From positions 109,194 to 173,193 of the forward strand of contig JAZDJQ010000012.1 in the NCBI GenBank assembly GCA_043803765.1: 64,000 nucleotides of DNA, in the 5' to 3' direction. Position numbers and translations under genes: made by a program. Shown here piece by piece: positions 19,013-26,850 of this stretch. The stretch is from Candidatus Iainarchaeum sp. Its GTDB lineage: Archaea > Iainarchaeota > Iainarchaeia > Iainarchaeales > VGJJ01. A model generated the notes under the pieces. It worked only from the letters and a program-made list of their open reading frames with translations. It was not told the DNA's origin and did no database searches. The first letter of the stretch is position 1, and the number at the start of each line of letters is the position of its first letter.

Positions 19013-20113
19013 ATGCGCTCATCTGAGTATCCTACTCTTGTCATGGTAGTGCTTTTTTCATTTATTATTGGATTGTTTCTCGCCGAAGGACTGTTGATCG
19101 TTCTCAACATAGAACCTGCTCCCAATTTACTTTGCACATATATATCGGATGAAACACGCGGTCACGCATTATACCCAAATCTTTCCGGTCATTTTGTTTA
19201 TGAACCTGAAATCGACATGAACTTCACTATCAATAAATTAGGTATGCGCGGAAGTGAACCAGACGAAAAACTAAAAAAAATATTTTTGGCAGGAGATTCC
19301 GTTTCTTTCGGATACAGTGTGGATCAAAATGAATCGTTTGCCGCAAAAACAAATCAAGAAATAAAGAAATTCGGATATGAACTGCTCAACTTGGGAACCC
19401 CCGGTTATGGTTTGACACAATCACTTATTACCATTAAAAAAAATCTTGTGTTTAATAATCCCGAAATTGTAGTATTGGAAATAACTACTCCGAATGATTG
19501 GTCGGATGATTATACCTTCACCACTGTTGGACCTACTAACTGGGTGGATGAACAGCACTGTATGGTCAGCAAGCGCCCTGCTGGAGTCATTACCACAATC
19601 AAATCAATCGCTTACCGGAATTCAAGGCTGGCGCGGCTTATTAACAAAAACTTTCGCCAGGAAAATCTGATAGAATCCAACAATGTGATATCTGACAGCC
19701 TGTTGAAAGACCCAACCCAAATTGTGGTTCAGGCAAGACAGATACAACGCCAGCGTCTGAACGAATTTCGCGAGTTACAATCGCAATATCATTTCAAATC
19801 ACTCATCTTGCTTATTCCAAGTCGTATTGAAACCGATGAGGTTTTTTTTAATCAGACCATCCAGAATACTCGCCCGGCCAATGAATACAATCGTCGAGAA
19901 CAGATTGAATTTTATCTTGGGATTTGCAAGGAGATGGGTTTTGAATGCATTGACATGGGAAAGGCATTTGAGGAAGAATACCAATCCGAATCCGCATCAA
20001 CCGAATATTATAACCATAAAATTGACCATCATCCCAACAAAAAAGGAAACCTGTTCATTGCCGAAACACTGATACCGGAAATTGTCCAAAAAATTCAAGA
20101 AGATACAAATTAG
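19013..20113 (+). CDS. membrane-anchored SGNH/GDSL hydrolase
   Basis: N-terminal TM, GDSVSFG, NLGTPGY, ND, DHHPNKKG. Confidence 0.85.
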   Translation: MRSSEYPTLVMVVLFSFIIGLFLAEGLLIVLNIEPAPNLLCTYISDETRGHALYPNLSGHFVYEPEIDMNFTINKLGMRGSEPDEKLKKIFLAGDSVSFGYSVDQNESFAAKTNQEIKKFGYELLNLGTPGYGLTQSLITIKKNLVFNNPEIVVLEITTPNDWSDDYTFTTVGPTNWVDEQHCMVSKRPAGVITTIKSIAYRNSRLARLINKNFRQENLIESNNVISDSLLKDPTQIVVQARQIQRQRLNEFRELQSQYHFKSLILLIPSRIETDEVFFNQTIQNTRPANEYNRREQIEFYLGICKEMGFECIDMGKAFEEEYQSESASTEYYNHKIDHHPNKKGNLFIAETLIPEIVQKIQEDTN

Positions 20114-20167
20114 AATGGTTCATTTCTCAATAGCGTCATGCGTCATTCGTCAATAGCATAAAAGAGA

Positions 20168-20206
20168 TAGTCCCGCCTCCCGGACTCGCACACGGGTATC
20201 TTCCGG
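20168..20206 (-). repeat. tRNA-Tyr 3'-half copy (att-like site)
   Basis: TAGTCCCGCCTCCCGGACTCGCACACGGGTATCTTCCGG, matches tRNA 26606-26643. Confidence 0.9.
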
Positions 20207-20310
20207 CTTTATTCAAAGGTTCGGCTGTGGCCTCACAATTAGTGAAGTTAGTGCACATAGTGAATAATGGGATAGGCAAGCTCTTTATATGAAAATAATG
20301 CAATAGGGCT

Positions 20311-20937
20311 ATGTTTGAAAAATATCGCCCATTTTTACTGGGAGTTTCTCATTCTAAGGAAATGCTGTGGGATGTTTTTCAAGAGATTGACAAGGTAAAG
20401 CCAAAATCAATTGGAATAGAAGAATCAAAATGGTCTGTTGAGAACTGGAGACAAATTGGGTTGAACCCCCACCACGCTGGATTTTGGCGAGTATTGATTA
20501 GAGAGTGTAGAGCGCGAGGTATTGAAATAACGTACCTTACTCCTGATAGAGTTGCCCAACAAAATATCCGAGAACAACTTCGGTTGAAAAAACTGGGAAT
20601 TACCGCACAAAAGGTTCTTGAAAATCCACAAGGGCACACAGAAGGAAAGGAACTGTTACGACATATGCGCGATAAAACTACGGATGTCGTTGAAATGACT
20701 GCTCGGAAAAGACGTCCACAGATGCTTGTTTTGGGCTTATTTCATTCTGCTATTTTACGAAAAAACTTGGGCATTCCAAAAGCTCGATTTAGTGTCCATG
20801 TAGTCCCTTCGCCACGTGCGATAAGAGAGATGGGTGTTCGCGTTCCAAGAAGAAAATTAGAAGCGAGAAAAAAACAATTAATTGAAGGAATGCTTTTTCA
20901 TGTCAAAGGATACCGAAGAGCCGCTCGAAAAAGATAG
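20311..20937 (+). CDS. hypothetical protein, weak TraB/GumN-like N-terminus
   Basis: LLGVSH...KPKSIGIE, LGLFH; TTTATA 27 nt upstream. Confidence 0.6.
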   Translation: MFEKYRPFLLGVSHSKEMLWDVFQEIDKVKPKSIGIEESKWSVENWRQIGLNPHHAGFWRVLIRECRARGIEITYLTPDRVAQQNIREQLRLKKLGITAQKVLENPQGHTEGKELLRHMRDKTTDVVEMTARKRRPQMLVLGLFHSAILRKNLGIPKARFSVHVVPSPRAIREMGVRVPRRKLEARKKQLIEGMLFHVKGYRRAARKR

Positions 20938-20949
20938 AATTATTCTCAA

Positions 20950-21022
20950 TCCGGTCGTCGGGACGAAAGCGAAGCTTGAGTGTGTGAATGGATTAGTCCC
21001 GCCTCCCGGACTCGCAACCGGG
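20950..21022 (-). repeat. att-like site, near-identical to tRNA-Tyr 3' end plus trailer
   Basis: differs from 26562-26633 by 3 substitutions and 1 indel. Confidence 0.95.
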
Positions 21023-21029
21023 CTTTTAC

Positions 21030-21353
21030 TCACTTTCTCACCGGCGGGTTCGATTCGGCAATGAGGTCTATGCTGGCGAGTACTATCATCTTTTCCAAAA
21101 ACTTCTCATGCTCTTTCAGAATGACGTCTCCATTTGGAAGTTTTGTGATTTCGGCCATCGCACGGTCTCGACATGGCTTACTTTCCCAATCTGCAATAGC
21201 ATACAAAATGGATGGATTCTCCAAACTGCGGAACAGTTTTGTTCCCCTTGCACCCGGGTAAGTTTGAATAATGTCACTCCCCCACTGCCACTGCCGGATA
21301 AAGTCGGTTTCCTTGCCAGGAATGGGATGGTGCTCAAAAATAACGCGATACAT
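21030..21353 (-). CDS. ABM (antibiotic biosynthesis monooxygenase) domain protein
   Basis: PGKETDF...YPGARGTKLFRSLENP...ADWES. Confidence 0.8.
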   Translation of the reverse strand: MYRVIFEHHPIPGKETDFIRQWQWGSDIIQTYPGARGTKLFRSLENPSILYAIADWESKPCRDRAMAEITKLPNGDVILKEHEKFLEKMIVLASIDLIAESNPPVRK

Positions 21354-21369
21354 AGGTTCCTTCGCTTAA

Positions 21370-21594
21370 CTAAGCCATTTTCATAAACTCGTCTCGCTCC
21401 ATCTTGAGTTCGAACTTAATGATTTTGTTTAACAATCCAGGCGGAATGGGCTTGTTCGAATGAAAGGCAACTGTTAGAATTCGCCCATCCAAATGTTCAA
21501 ATGTTTTGTGTGACCCTTTTTGTCGCACTTCCAAAAAACCAAGTTTGTGCAGAATTTTGATTAAGTCTTGGGGATACAGAACGGATAATTTCAT
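21370..21594 (-). CDS. hicA: HicA toxin
   Basis: KLGFLEVRQKGSH...GLLNKIIK. Confidence 0.9.
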   Translation of the reverse strand: MKLSVLYPQDLIKILHKLGFLEVRQKGSHKTFEHLDGRILTVAFHSNKPIPPGLLNKIIKFELKMERDEFMKMA

Positions 21595-21608
21595 TTGAAA
21601 TCACCTAT

Positions 21609-21830
21609 TTACACAACCACTTTAACCATTCCAATAACCGATTCAACATCCACTTTGACTTTCTTTTTGACAAGCGTTTCTAAGTGCAAGGAAATTGCTT
21701 CCTTCATATTTTCTAACAATTCTTCAACAGTATCCGCATAGGAATAGCAACCGGGCAAAGCAGGGACTGAACCATAGTATTGTCCAGTTTCTGCATCTTT
21801 TTCGATAACCACATCGTAAGGTCTTGTCAT
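21609..21830 (-). CDS. hicB: HicB antitoxin (short form)
   Basis: VPALPGCYSYADTVEELLENMKEAI. Confidence 0.9.
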   Translation of the reverse strand: MTRPYDVVIEKDAETGQYYGSVPALPGCYSYADTVEELLENMKEAISLHLETLVKKKVKVDVESVIGMVKVVV

Positions 21831-21903
21831 AATACTACCCATACTACTATGAGAATAAAACCTTGCTTCCAGTAAACCGCCAAAAAGTGCTATTCATCCA
21901 TTC

Positions 21904-21960
21904 GGCGGGACGATTCATAAGCCTCAGGTGGTGATGGATTAGTCCCGCCTCCCGGGACTT
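21904..21960 (-). repeat. att-like site with inverted left arm
   Basis: GGCGGGACGATTCAT...ATGGATTAGTCCCGCCTCCCGGGACTT. Confidence 0.9.
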
Positions 21961-22085
21961 CAATGGAAAATATTCAGTATTATTCTTTTCCTCGCCTAAA
22001 ATATGTGCAGTGTACATCGTCCGCCGAATTTGACTGATGATCCCATCCATATATCTCTTTTATACCCAGAAACAATTGATTGGCC

Positions 22086-22835
22086 ATGGATTGGGTATTA
22101 TTGTTCATTGTTTTTCTAGTGGGACTCGGAACAACTTTCATCGGCGCGATTAGTGGGGGAGGGGGGCTTCTCATGCGACCCATTCTAATTTTTTTAGGTG
22201 TGCCCACCATCACTCTGATCGGCACTCCACGCGTGGCAGGAATATTGGGCGATTGGCCTGGATTGTTTTTGTTTCACAAGCATAAAAAAATCGATTGGAA
22301 TCTGGCCATATTCCTGACCATCCCTAACTTGATTGGAACCATCATCGCGGGGATGGTAGTCATAAGCTTGCCGACAGAGGCATTGGAATTATTTTTAGGA
22401 ATACTGCTCATCGTCTCGGGAGTGGTATTTTCGTTCAATAAAAATTTCGGATTGCTTGAACAAAAATCTCCCTTTTCCAAAATTGGACAAAACATCCTCG
22501 GATTTATCGGGACGAATGTCATATCCTTCGTTGGAACCATTACCGGTGGACTTGGCACACTCTACATCTCGTTCTACACGTTGATTTATGGTAAAAATTA
22601 CATCAACGCGGCTGGGTTGTGGCGCATCTCTTCCTATTTCGGAGGATTGGGCAGTTCGGTGGTATTTATCTGGAGTGGAATTGTCGACTGGCAACTCTGT
22701 CTGGTGCTGAGTGCAGGATTTTTGATCGGCTCCTATTTTGGGACGATTTACGGATTAAAAAAAGGGGTCGCGCGGGTCCGCTACCTTGTGATAGCACTCG
22801 CATTTGGCGCTGGAATAAAACTAATCCTATTTTAG
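22086..22835 (+). CDS. TauE/SafE (TSUP) transporter
   Basis: GAISGGGGLL, about 8 TM segments, GSYFG. Confidence 0.9.
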   Translation: MDWVLLFIVFLVGLGTTFIGAISGGGGLLMRPILIFLGVPTITLIGTPRVAGILGDWPGLFLFHKHKKIDWNLAIFLTIPNLIGTIIAGMVVISLPTEALELFLGILLIVSGVVFSFNKNFGLLEQKSPFSKIGQNILGFIGTNVISFVGTITGGLGTLYISFYTLIYGKNYINAAGLWRISSYFGGLGSSVVFIWSGIVDWQLCLVLSAGFLIGSYFGTIYGLKKGVARVRYLVIALAFGAGIKLILF

Positions 22836-22870
22836 GGAAAACGCCCAACCATAGATCAACGTATATTCAT

Positions 22871-22945
22871 CTCCCAAACCAGCACGCGAGGATTCTTTGT
22901 TCGAGGCCTCGCCTGAGGGCTCGCTGACGTTAGTGTAGTTAGTGC
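22871..22945 (-). repeat. degenerate att-like site plus shared cassette-end motif
   Basis: CTCCCaaACcaGCAC, then TTTGTTCGAGGCCTCGCCTGAGGGCTCG...TTAGTGTAGTTAGTGC (cf. 20208-20254). Confidence 0.6.
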
Positions 22946-22966
22946 TGTTCAACGAATGCATCTGTC

Positions 22967-23320
22967 TTACCTTTTCTTTATCTTGAACCGTTTATCATAA
23001 TCGGGGTGCGACTCAATAACTAACACGAAGCAAATGACTTCGATTTCTTGGCGGCGAATGGTAAAAAGCATTCGCCAGTATTGAGCGAGTCGAATTTTGA
23101 ATAGATTATCTACATCCAATTCTTTTGGAATATCTTTTTTGGAGACTACTTCTCCGCGCAGAGGGTCTTCTTTCAACCATTCAATCTTTTCATTAATCGA
23201 ACGCCAGAGGGTTTGATTTTCTGAACTCTTGATTCCTTTAGATTCTTCTTCAGTTACAAGTTTCTTCAGGCGTTCGTACTCTTCGAGAGCCTGACCAGTA
23301 AGGCGGACGCGTGCTTTCAT
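22967..23320 (-). CDS. RelE-like toxin
   Basis: LKEDPLRG...NLFKIRLAQYWRMLFTI...HPDYDKRF; ATGA overlap with upstream gene. Confidence 0.7.
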   Translation of the reverse strand: MKARVRLTGQALEEYERLKKLVTEEESKGIKSSENQTLWRSINEKIEWLKEDPLRGEVVSKKDIPKELDVDNLFKIRLAQYWRMLFTIRRQEIEVICFVLVIESHPDYDKRFKIKKR

Positions 23321-23583
23321 ACTTCCACGCTCGCATCCATCAATCGCTTCATTTTGTCTTTCGGAACATACACCCAAATAATGCCTTTGGGAGTGTCTAA
23401 AATCATAAAGCGCTTCTCCAAGTAATCTAAAATAACATCAAGAGTTGGGCGCATAATACGATTACCCGCTCGCTTTAGCAATTCATAACGGGAAAGAGGC
23501 TCTTTCGCCTCTTTGAGAATCTCTTCGACTAAAAGAACGGTTTTGAGAGTAGGGTAGTGTAGGACCTGCATAAACGTCACCAA
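23317..23583 (-). CDS. putative antitoxin / small winged-helix protein
   Basis: PTLKTVLLVEE...TLDVILDYLE; coupled to the RelE-like gene; ATG at 23571 is an alternative start. Confidence 0.65.
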   Translation of the reverse strand: MVTFMQVLHYPTLKTVLLVEEILKEAKEPLSRYELLKRAGNRIMRPTLDVILDYLEKRFMILDTPKGIIWVYVPKDKMKRLMDASVEV

Positions 23584-23644
23584 CTACACTACGATAGACA
23601 TATAACGCATATAAAGATATACCCTTAAACTCGCATTTCCAGTA

Positions 23645-24325
23645 TTACTTTATTGCCTTTAGCATTTCCACTGCACGTTTAGGGTCTCCCCTTCCTACTG
23701 GGAAATAACACGGGACCACATTGGTTTGATGATTGCCCACTTTTAATGGATAAGTTGCTAGTTTGCGTGATTGAACGAATTTATCATAATAGTCCTGTAA
23801 CCTGATTGTTTCTTGTGTGAGAAATGTAAATGGAATCAGCCCAAATGTGACAATGGTTTTGGGTTGAACTATCTCAATCTCCCTTCTCAAAATAGGTAGA
23901 AATAACTTAACTTTCTGTGCATCTGGCAATGTGGCGTCAGCTCCTGTCCATTTTACAATGTTAGTAAAGTAAAACGATTTTGAATCCAAGAAAGACCTAA
24001 CTTTTTCAGTAAATTCCAATGACCAATTAGGTTCTTTCTCAATTTGTTTCATCAGTTCGTCGTCAAATAATTCTGCACGATTAAAAATTCGCCAGACGGG
24101 CTTGGTTCCAATAAAAGGAAAACGAGGACCTTTCCATAAAGGACTTGAGCTAATATTATGGTGCGTTGGATTAATGAAAACAAACATGTAATTCGGACTC
24201 TCAACATGGCCGTTTCCTACAATGGGCATCAACCGATTTTCTGGAAAAAACGGTGTATGTGTGTCATTCACTATTTTCCATAAATCGTCTAACGAATGGC
24301 AATCTTCAGGACTCATAGGATACAA
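23645..24325 (-). CDS. uracil-DNA glycosylase superfamily protein (atypical)
   Basis: FVFINP, YFTNIVK, REIEIVQPKTIVTFG, CYFP. Confidence 0.75.
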   Translation of the reverse strand: MYPMSPEDCHSLDDLWKIVNDTHTPFFPENRLMPIVGNGHVESPNYMFVFINPTHHNISSSPLWKGPRFPFIGTKPVWRIFNRAELFDDELMKQIEKEPNWSLEFTEKVRSFLDSKSFYFTNIVKWTGADATLPDAQKVKLFLPILRREIEIVQPKTIVTFGLIPFTFLTQETIRLQDYYDKFVQSRKLATYPLKVGNHQTNVVPCYFPVGRGDPKRAVEMLKAIK

Positions 24326-24344
24326 ACCGTTCTTTGATATTTAA

Positions 24345-24410
24345 TCCGTCCGGCGGGACAAGTCTGAAGTGTGAAAGTTTGAGGTAATAGTCCCGCCTCC
24401 CGGTCCTGCA
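24345..24410 (-). repeat. att-like site with inverted left arm
   Basis: TCCGTCCGGCGGGACAA...TAGTCCCGCCTCCCGGTCCTGCA. Confidence 0.9.
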
Positions 24411-24419
24411 GTTATTTCT

Positions 24420-25394
24420 CTATTCAATGGATTCACCCAGCTTTTTGACAATAATCTCTTTATTTTCCTCAATAATTTGATGAATTTCTTTTCCACGATT
24501 CTCAAGGCACAAGTAAATGAATTTGGAGAACTTTGCATACTCTTTGGAAAGCTGAACCCGTTCAAGCAATGTAATGTAGCTCGCGCGATTGGAAAGGTTC
24601 ACAATCGCACGTGGAAAACCTTTTTTTTGGAGCATTCGATTGAGGATTTCCCTTCCTGTGCGTCCATTTCCATCCTCAAACGGGTGAATAAACTCAAAGC
24701 GGGCGTGAAATTCGGATGCTAATTCAAGCGGGTGCACTCTTTCGCTATTTTTCTCCATCCAATCTAACAATTTTTTTATTCCGCTTTCGACTTTATCAGC
24801 TGGAACTGGCCTTACTTTTGATGCAGTAATGAACATCGGCCCTGTTCGATACTTTCCAGGATGTTTCTCCGGAAATCCATCTAAAATAGCCGCATTGATT
24901 TTTTTGATGTTACGTTCATTGATTTCATTAATTTTCTTGGAAACCATTGCCGCTTTTTTCATATTTTCAATTTCTCTTATCTCATCTACTTTCTTTCCGG
25001 CAACGGAAGCCCCTTTCGTCAAAACTAACAGTGCTTCCTGCAAACTGAGCGAGTTTCCTTCCACAGAAGCACTTCCCTGTGCGTAACGCACGAATTCGTC
25101 TTCTTTAAATGATTCAAATCCGCTGGGAAAAAAATCCTCTAGGATAGAATAGTCTACTTTCAGTCGTTCCAAAGATAGAATTTCAGGAAAAGAGAGGATG
25201 TGCGACCGAAACTGTTCATGTGTTTGCTTAGCCCGTTCCAGTGCCTTCTTTTGAATGAACGTTTCAAGTCCTTCTTTCATTCTTCCGAAAGCCAGCCCCT
25301 TGTTTCCAAGAAGGACACTTATCCTCTTCTTTTCTACTCGGTCTTCTAAATAGAAGTAAGCCGTCCCCTTGATTGTGCGCTTTGAAATGAACAT
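24420..25394 (-). CDS. Fic family protein with N-terminal beta-rich domain
   Basis: HPFEDGNGRTGR; SASVEG inhibitory helix; KRTIKGTAYFYL N-terminus. Confidence 0.92.
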   Translation of the reverse strand: MFISKRTIKGTAYFYLEDRVEKKRISVLLGNKGLAFGRMKEGLETFIQKKALERAKQTHEQFRSHILSFPEILSLERLKVDYSILEDFFPSGFESFKEDEFVRYAQGSASVEGNSLSLQEALLVLTKGASVAGKKVDEIREIENMKKAAMVSKKINEINERNIKKINAAILDGFPEKHPGKYRTGPMFITASKVRPVPADKVESGIKKLLDWMEKNSERVHPLELASEFHARFEFIHPFEDGNGRTGREILNRMLQKKGFPRAIVNLSNRASYITLLERVQLSKEYAKFSKFIYLCLENRGKEIHQIIEENKEIIVKKLGESIE

Positions 25395-25459
25395 AGAACA
25401 AGTTAACACCAAAAAGGTTAAAAAATGGTATTTTTAGTAAATATGGTGTTAACCCACAA

Positions 25460-25609
25460 TTAGTTTTCCAAACCTAATTTGACGCCCTCTCTGATAATAC
25501 CATAAACGTGCCAAATATCACAGACTCCACAGGACGGAAAATAATCCGGGCAACGTTTTCCCCAGTATTTTCGAATATGTTTATTCAATTCAAGCAGAAC
25601 TTTCTTCAT
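25460..25609 (-). CDS. small Cys-containing protein
   Basis: MKKVLLEL...KRCPDYFPSCGVC; GGGAG SD. Confidence 0.45.
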   Translation of the reverse strand: MKKVLLELNKHIRKYWGKRCPDYFPSCGVCDIWHVYGIIREGVKLGLEN

Positions 25610-25904
25610 CTTCCTTAACTCCCTCGTCGAAGCACTTGTTGCATTCCCAATACTCAACCTTTCTCACCTTCCCAGTCCACCTGACTACATTGTGGCTTTT
25701 TCCACCCATTCGAAAAGTTCCAACTTTCACATGCTCACCCGTTCCCTCAATGGGAAATTTTAGTTTACTAAAGAAATGTCCTTTATCATAATGACCTGAT
25801 TTTGTTAGTCGAACCCACATCCACTTTCCACAAATCAAACATTTACGACGAATTTTTCGGACAAATTTAGCATTCTCGCGCGCATGAAAATGTTTTTCAG
25901 ACAC
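25590..25904 (-). CDS. small Zn-ribbon-like protein
   Basis: CLIC...WECNKC. Confidence 0.55.
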   Translation of the reverse strand: MSEKHFHARENAKFVRKIRRKCLICGKWMWVRLTKSGHYDKGHFFSKLKFPIEGTGEHVKVGTFRMGGKSHNVVRWTGKVRKVEYWECNKCFDEGVKEDEESSA

Positions 25905-25988
25905 CTTTTAAAAAGACCCCATTCAAAATAAAATCATATGCAAATTAATACACTATAGACGAATACCAGTTCGACAGTTAGACGGTTA

Positions 25989-26045
25989 TTATACTTCCAC
26001 GCTTCCATGGATCAGCTTCTTCATCTTATCGTTCGGAGCATACAA
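25989..26045 (-). pseudogene. 3' remnant of a paralogue of the 23317-23583 gene
   Basis: LYAPNDKMKKLIHGSVEV* vs VYVPKDKMKRLMDASVEV*, 11/18 identical. Confidence 0.75.
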
Positions 26046-26100
26046 CCTCCTGATACTCGCAACCGGGAAATTATATCCGAAGCCTCGTCTGCGGACTCGG
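26046..26100 (-). repeat. degenerate att-like site plus shared cassette-end motif
   Basis: CCTCCtgatACTCGCAACCGGG then TATATCCGAAGCCTCGTCTGCGGACTCGG. Confidence 0.7.
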
Positions 26101-26107
26101 AGGGCAT

Positions 26108-26530
26108 TTAATTATCCATCTTAAGCGCTTTAAGTTCAGTTTCAAGTTTTTTTACAAGGTCATTTAAGTCAGTATATTGGATGATTTTGTGTAAATTAGG
26201 AATACCCAAAACCATAGTTGATTTTGATAAATCAACAGTGTCTTTGGCAATGAGAATGAGTGGAATATCATTTTCGTATCCCATTTGAAGTTCCATTCCA
26301 ACACCATGAGAAGGACTACTTACTTCGGCGATAAATAAGTCGCATTTTGTAATGGTGTCAATTGTTCGCGTGTAAAACTGTTTTGGAGTTTCTTTTGAAT
26401 CCCAAAAATCGGGATAAGTACCTATAACTTTGTCATAGTATTTGCTACAAAGTTTAGCTATTCTTTTGTAAATAGGGAGATAATCCTGCCCAAAAAGAAA
26501 GATTGGTCCGAACACGTAAACGCTCGTCAT
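26108..26530 (-). CDS. nucleoside 2-deoxyribosyltransferase-like (Rcl/DNPH1-type) protein
   Basis: VYVFGPI, CDLFIAEVSSPSHGVGMEL. Confidence 0.85.
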   Translation of the reverse strand: MTSVYVFGPIFLFGQDYLPIYKRIAKLCSKYYDKVIGTYPDFWDSKETPKQFYTRTIDTITKCDLFIAEVSSPSHGVGMELQMGYENDIPLILIAKDTVDLSKSTMVLGIPNLHKIIQYTDLNDLVKKLETELKALKMDN

Positions 26531-26608
26531 AGTACTGCCACCTCAACCATGTATTTAACTGTCCGGTCGTCGGGACGAAAGCGAAGCTTGAGTCGGTGAA
26601 TGGATTAG

Positions 26609-26681
26609 TCCCGCCTCCCGGACTTGCACCGGGGATCTTCCGGTCTACAGCCGGACGCATTAGCTACTATGCTAAGGCGGG
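26609..26681 (-). tRNA. tRNA-Tyr(GTA), intronless
   Basis: CCCGCCT/AGGCGGG-A acceptor, TCCGG-CT GTA GA-CCGGA anticodon arm. Confidence 0.93.
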
Positions 26682-26850
26682 GACGATTTTATGTGGTTCG
26701 CCTCCCCGTTTGGTTATTTTTTCCCAAAAAGGGGGGGTATAGTCCGGCAGACTATTTGTTTCGGGATAGGCTTTTTAAGCCTCCGAATGGGGGGCGTTTT
26801 GAGTCATTCCCCACGCGTCTTTAAAATGATTTTTCCCAGTAGGAGTCCAC

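Larger units (their letters stand above)
16570..26608 (-). mobile_element. tRNA-Tyr-anchored tandem cassette array (no integrase in window)
   Basis: 5 exact and at least 2 degenerate tRNA 3'-end copies, all intergenic and in the same orientation. Confidence 0.8.

Noticed and set aside
21904-21960. Split or permuted tRNA-Tyr halves
   Set aside because: The left arms match only 6-10 nt of the tRNA 5' end or leader, with no D-arm or anticodon; an intact gene is present
22015-22050. Fluoride riboswitch-like GACTGATGATCCCAT upstream of the TauE gene
   Set aside because: No 5' GATGR pseudoknot partner or P1 stem at the proper distance
23621-23640. Further degenerate att site (CCCTTAAACTCGCA)
   Set aside because: Only ACTCGCA matches; the position is plausible but the match is too weak to call
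26561-26585. Hammerhead ribozyme (GTCC-loop-GGAC-GAAA)
   Set aside because: The required CUGANGA core before stem II is missing in both copies
16570-26681. CRISPR array interpretation of the repeats
   Set aside because: Spacing is 0.5-3.6 kb with whole genes in between, the repeats are tRNA-derived, and no cas genes are present
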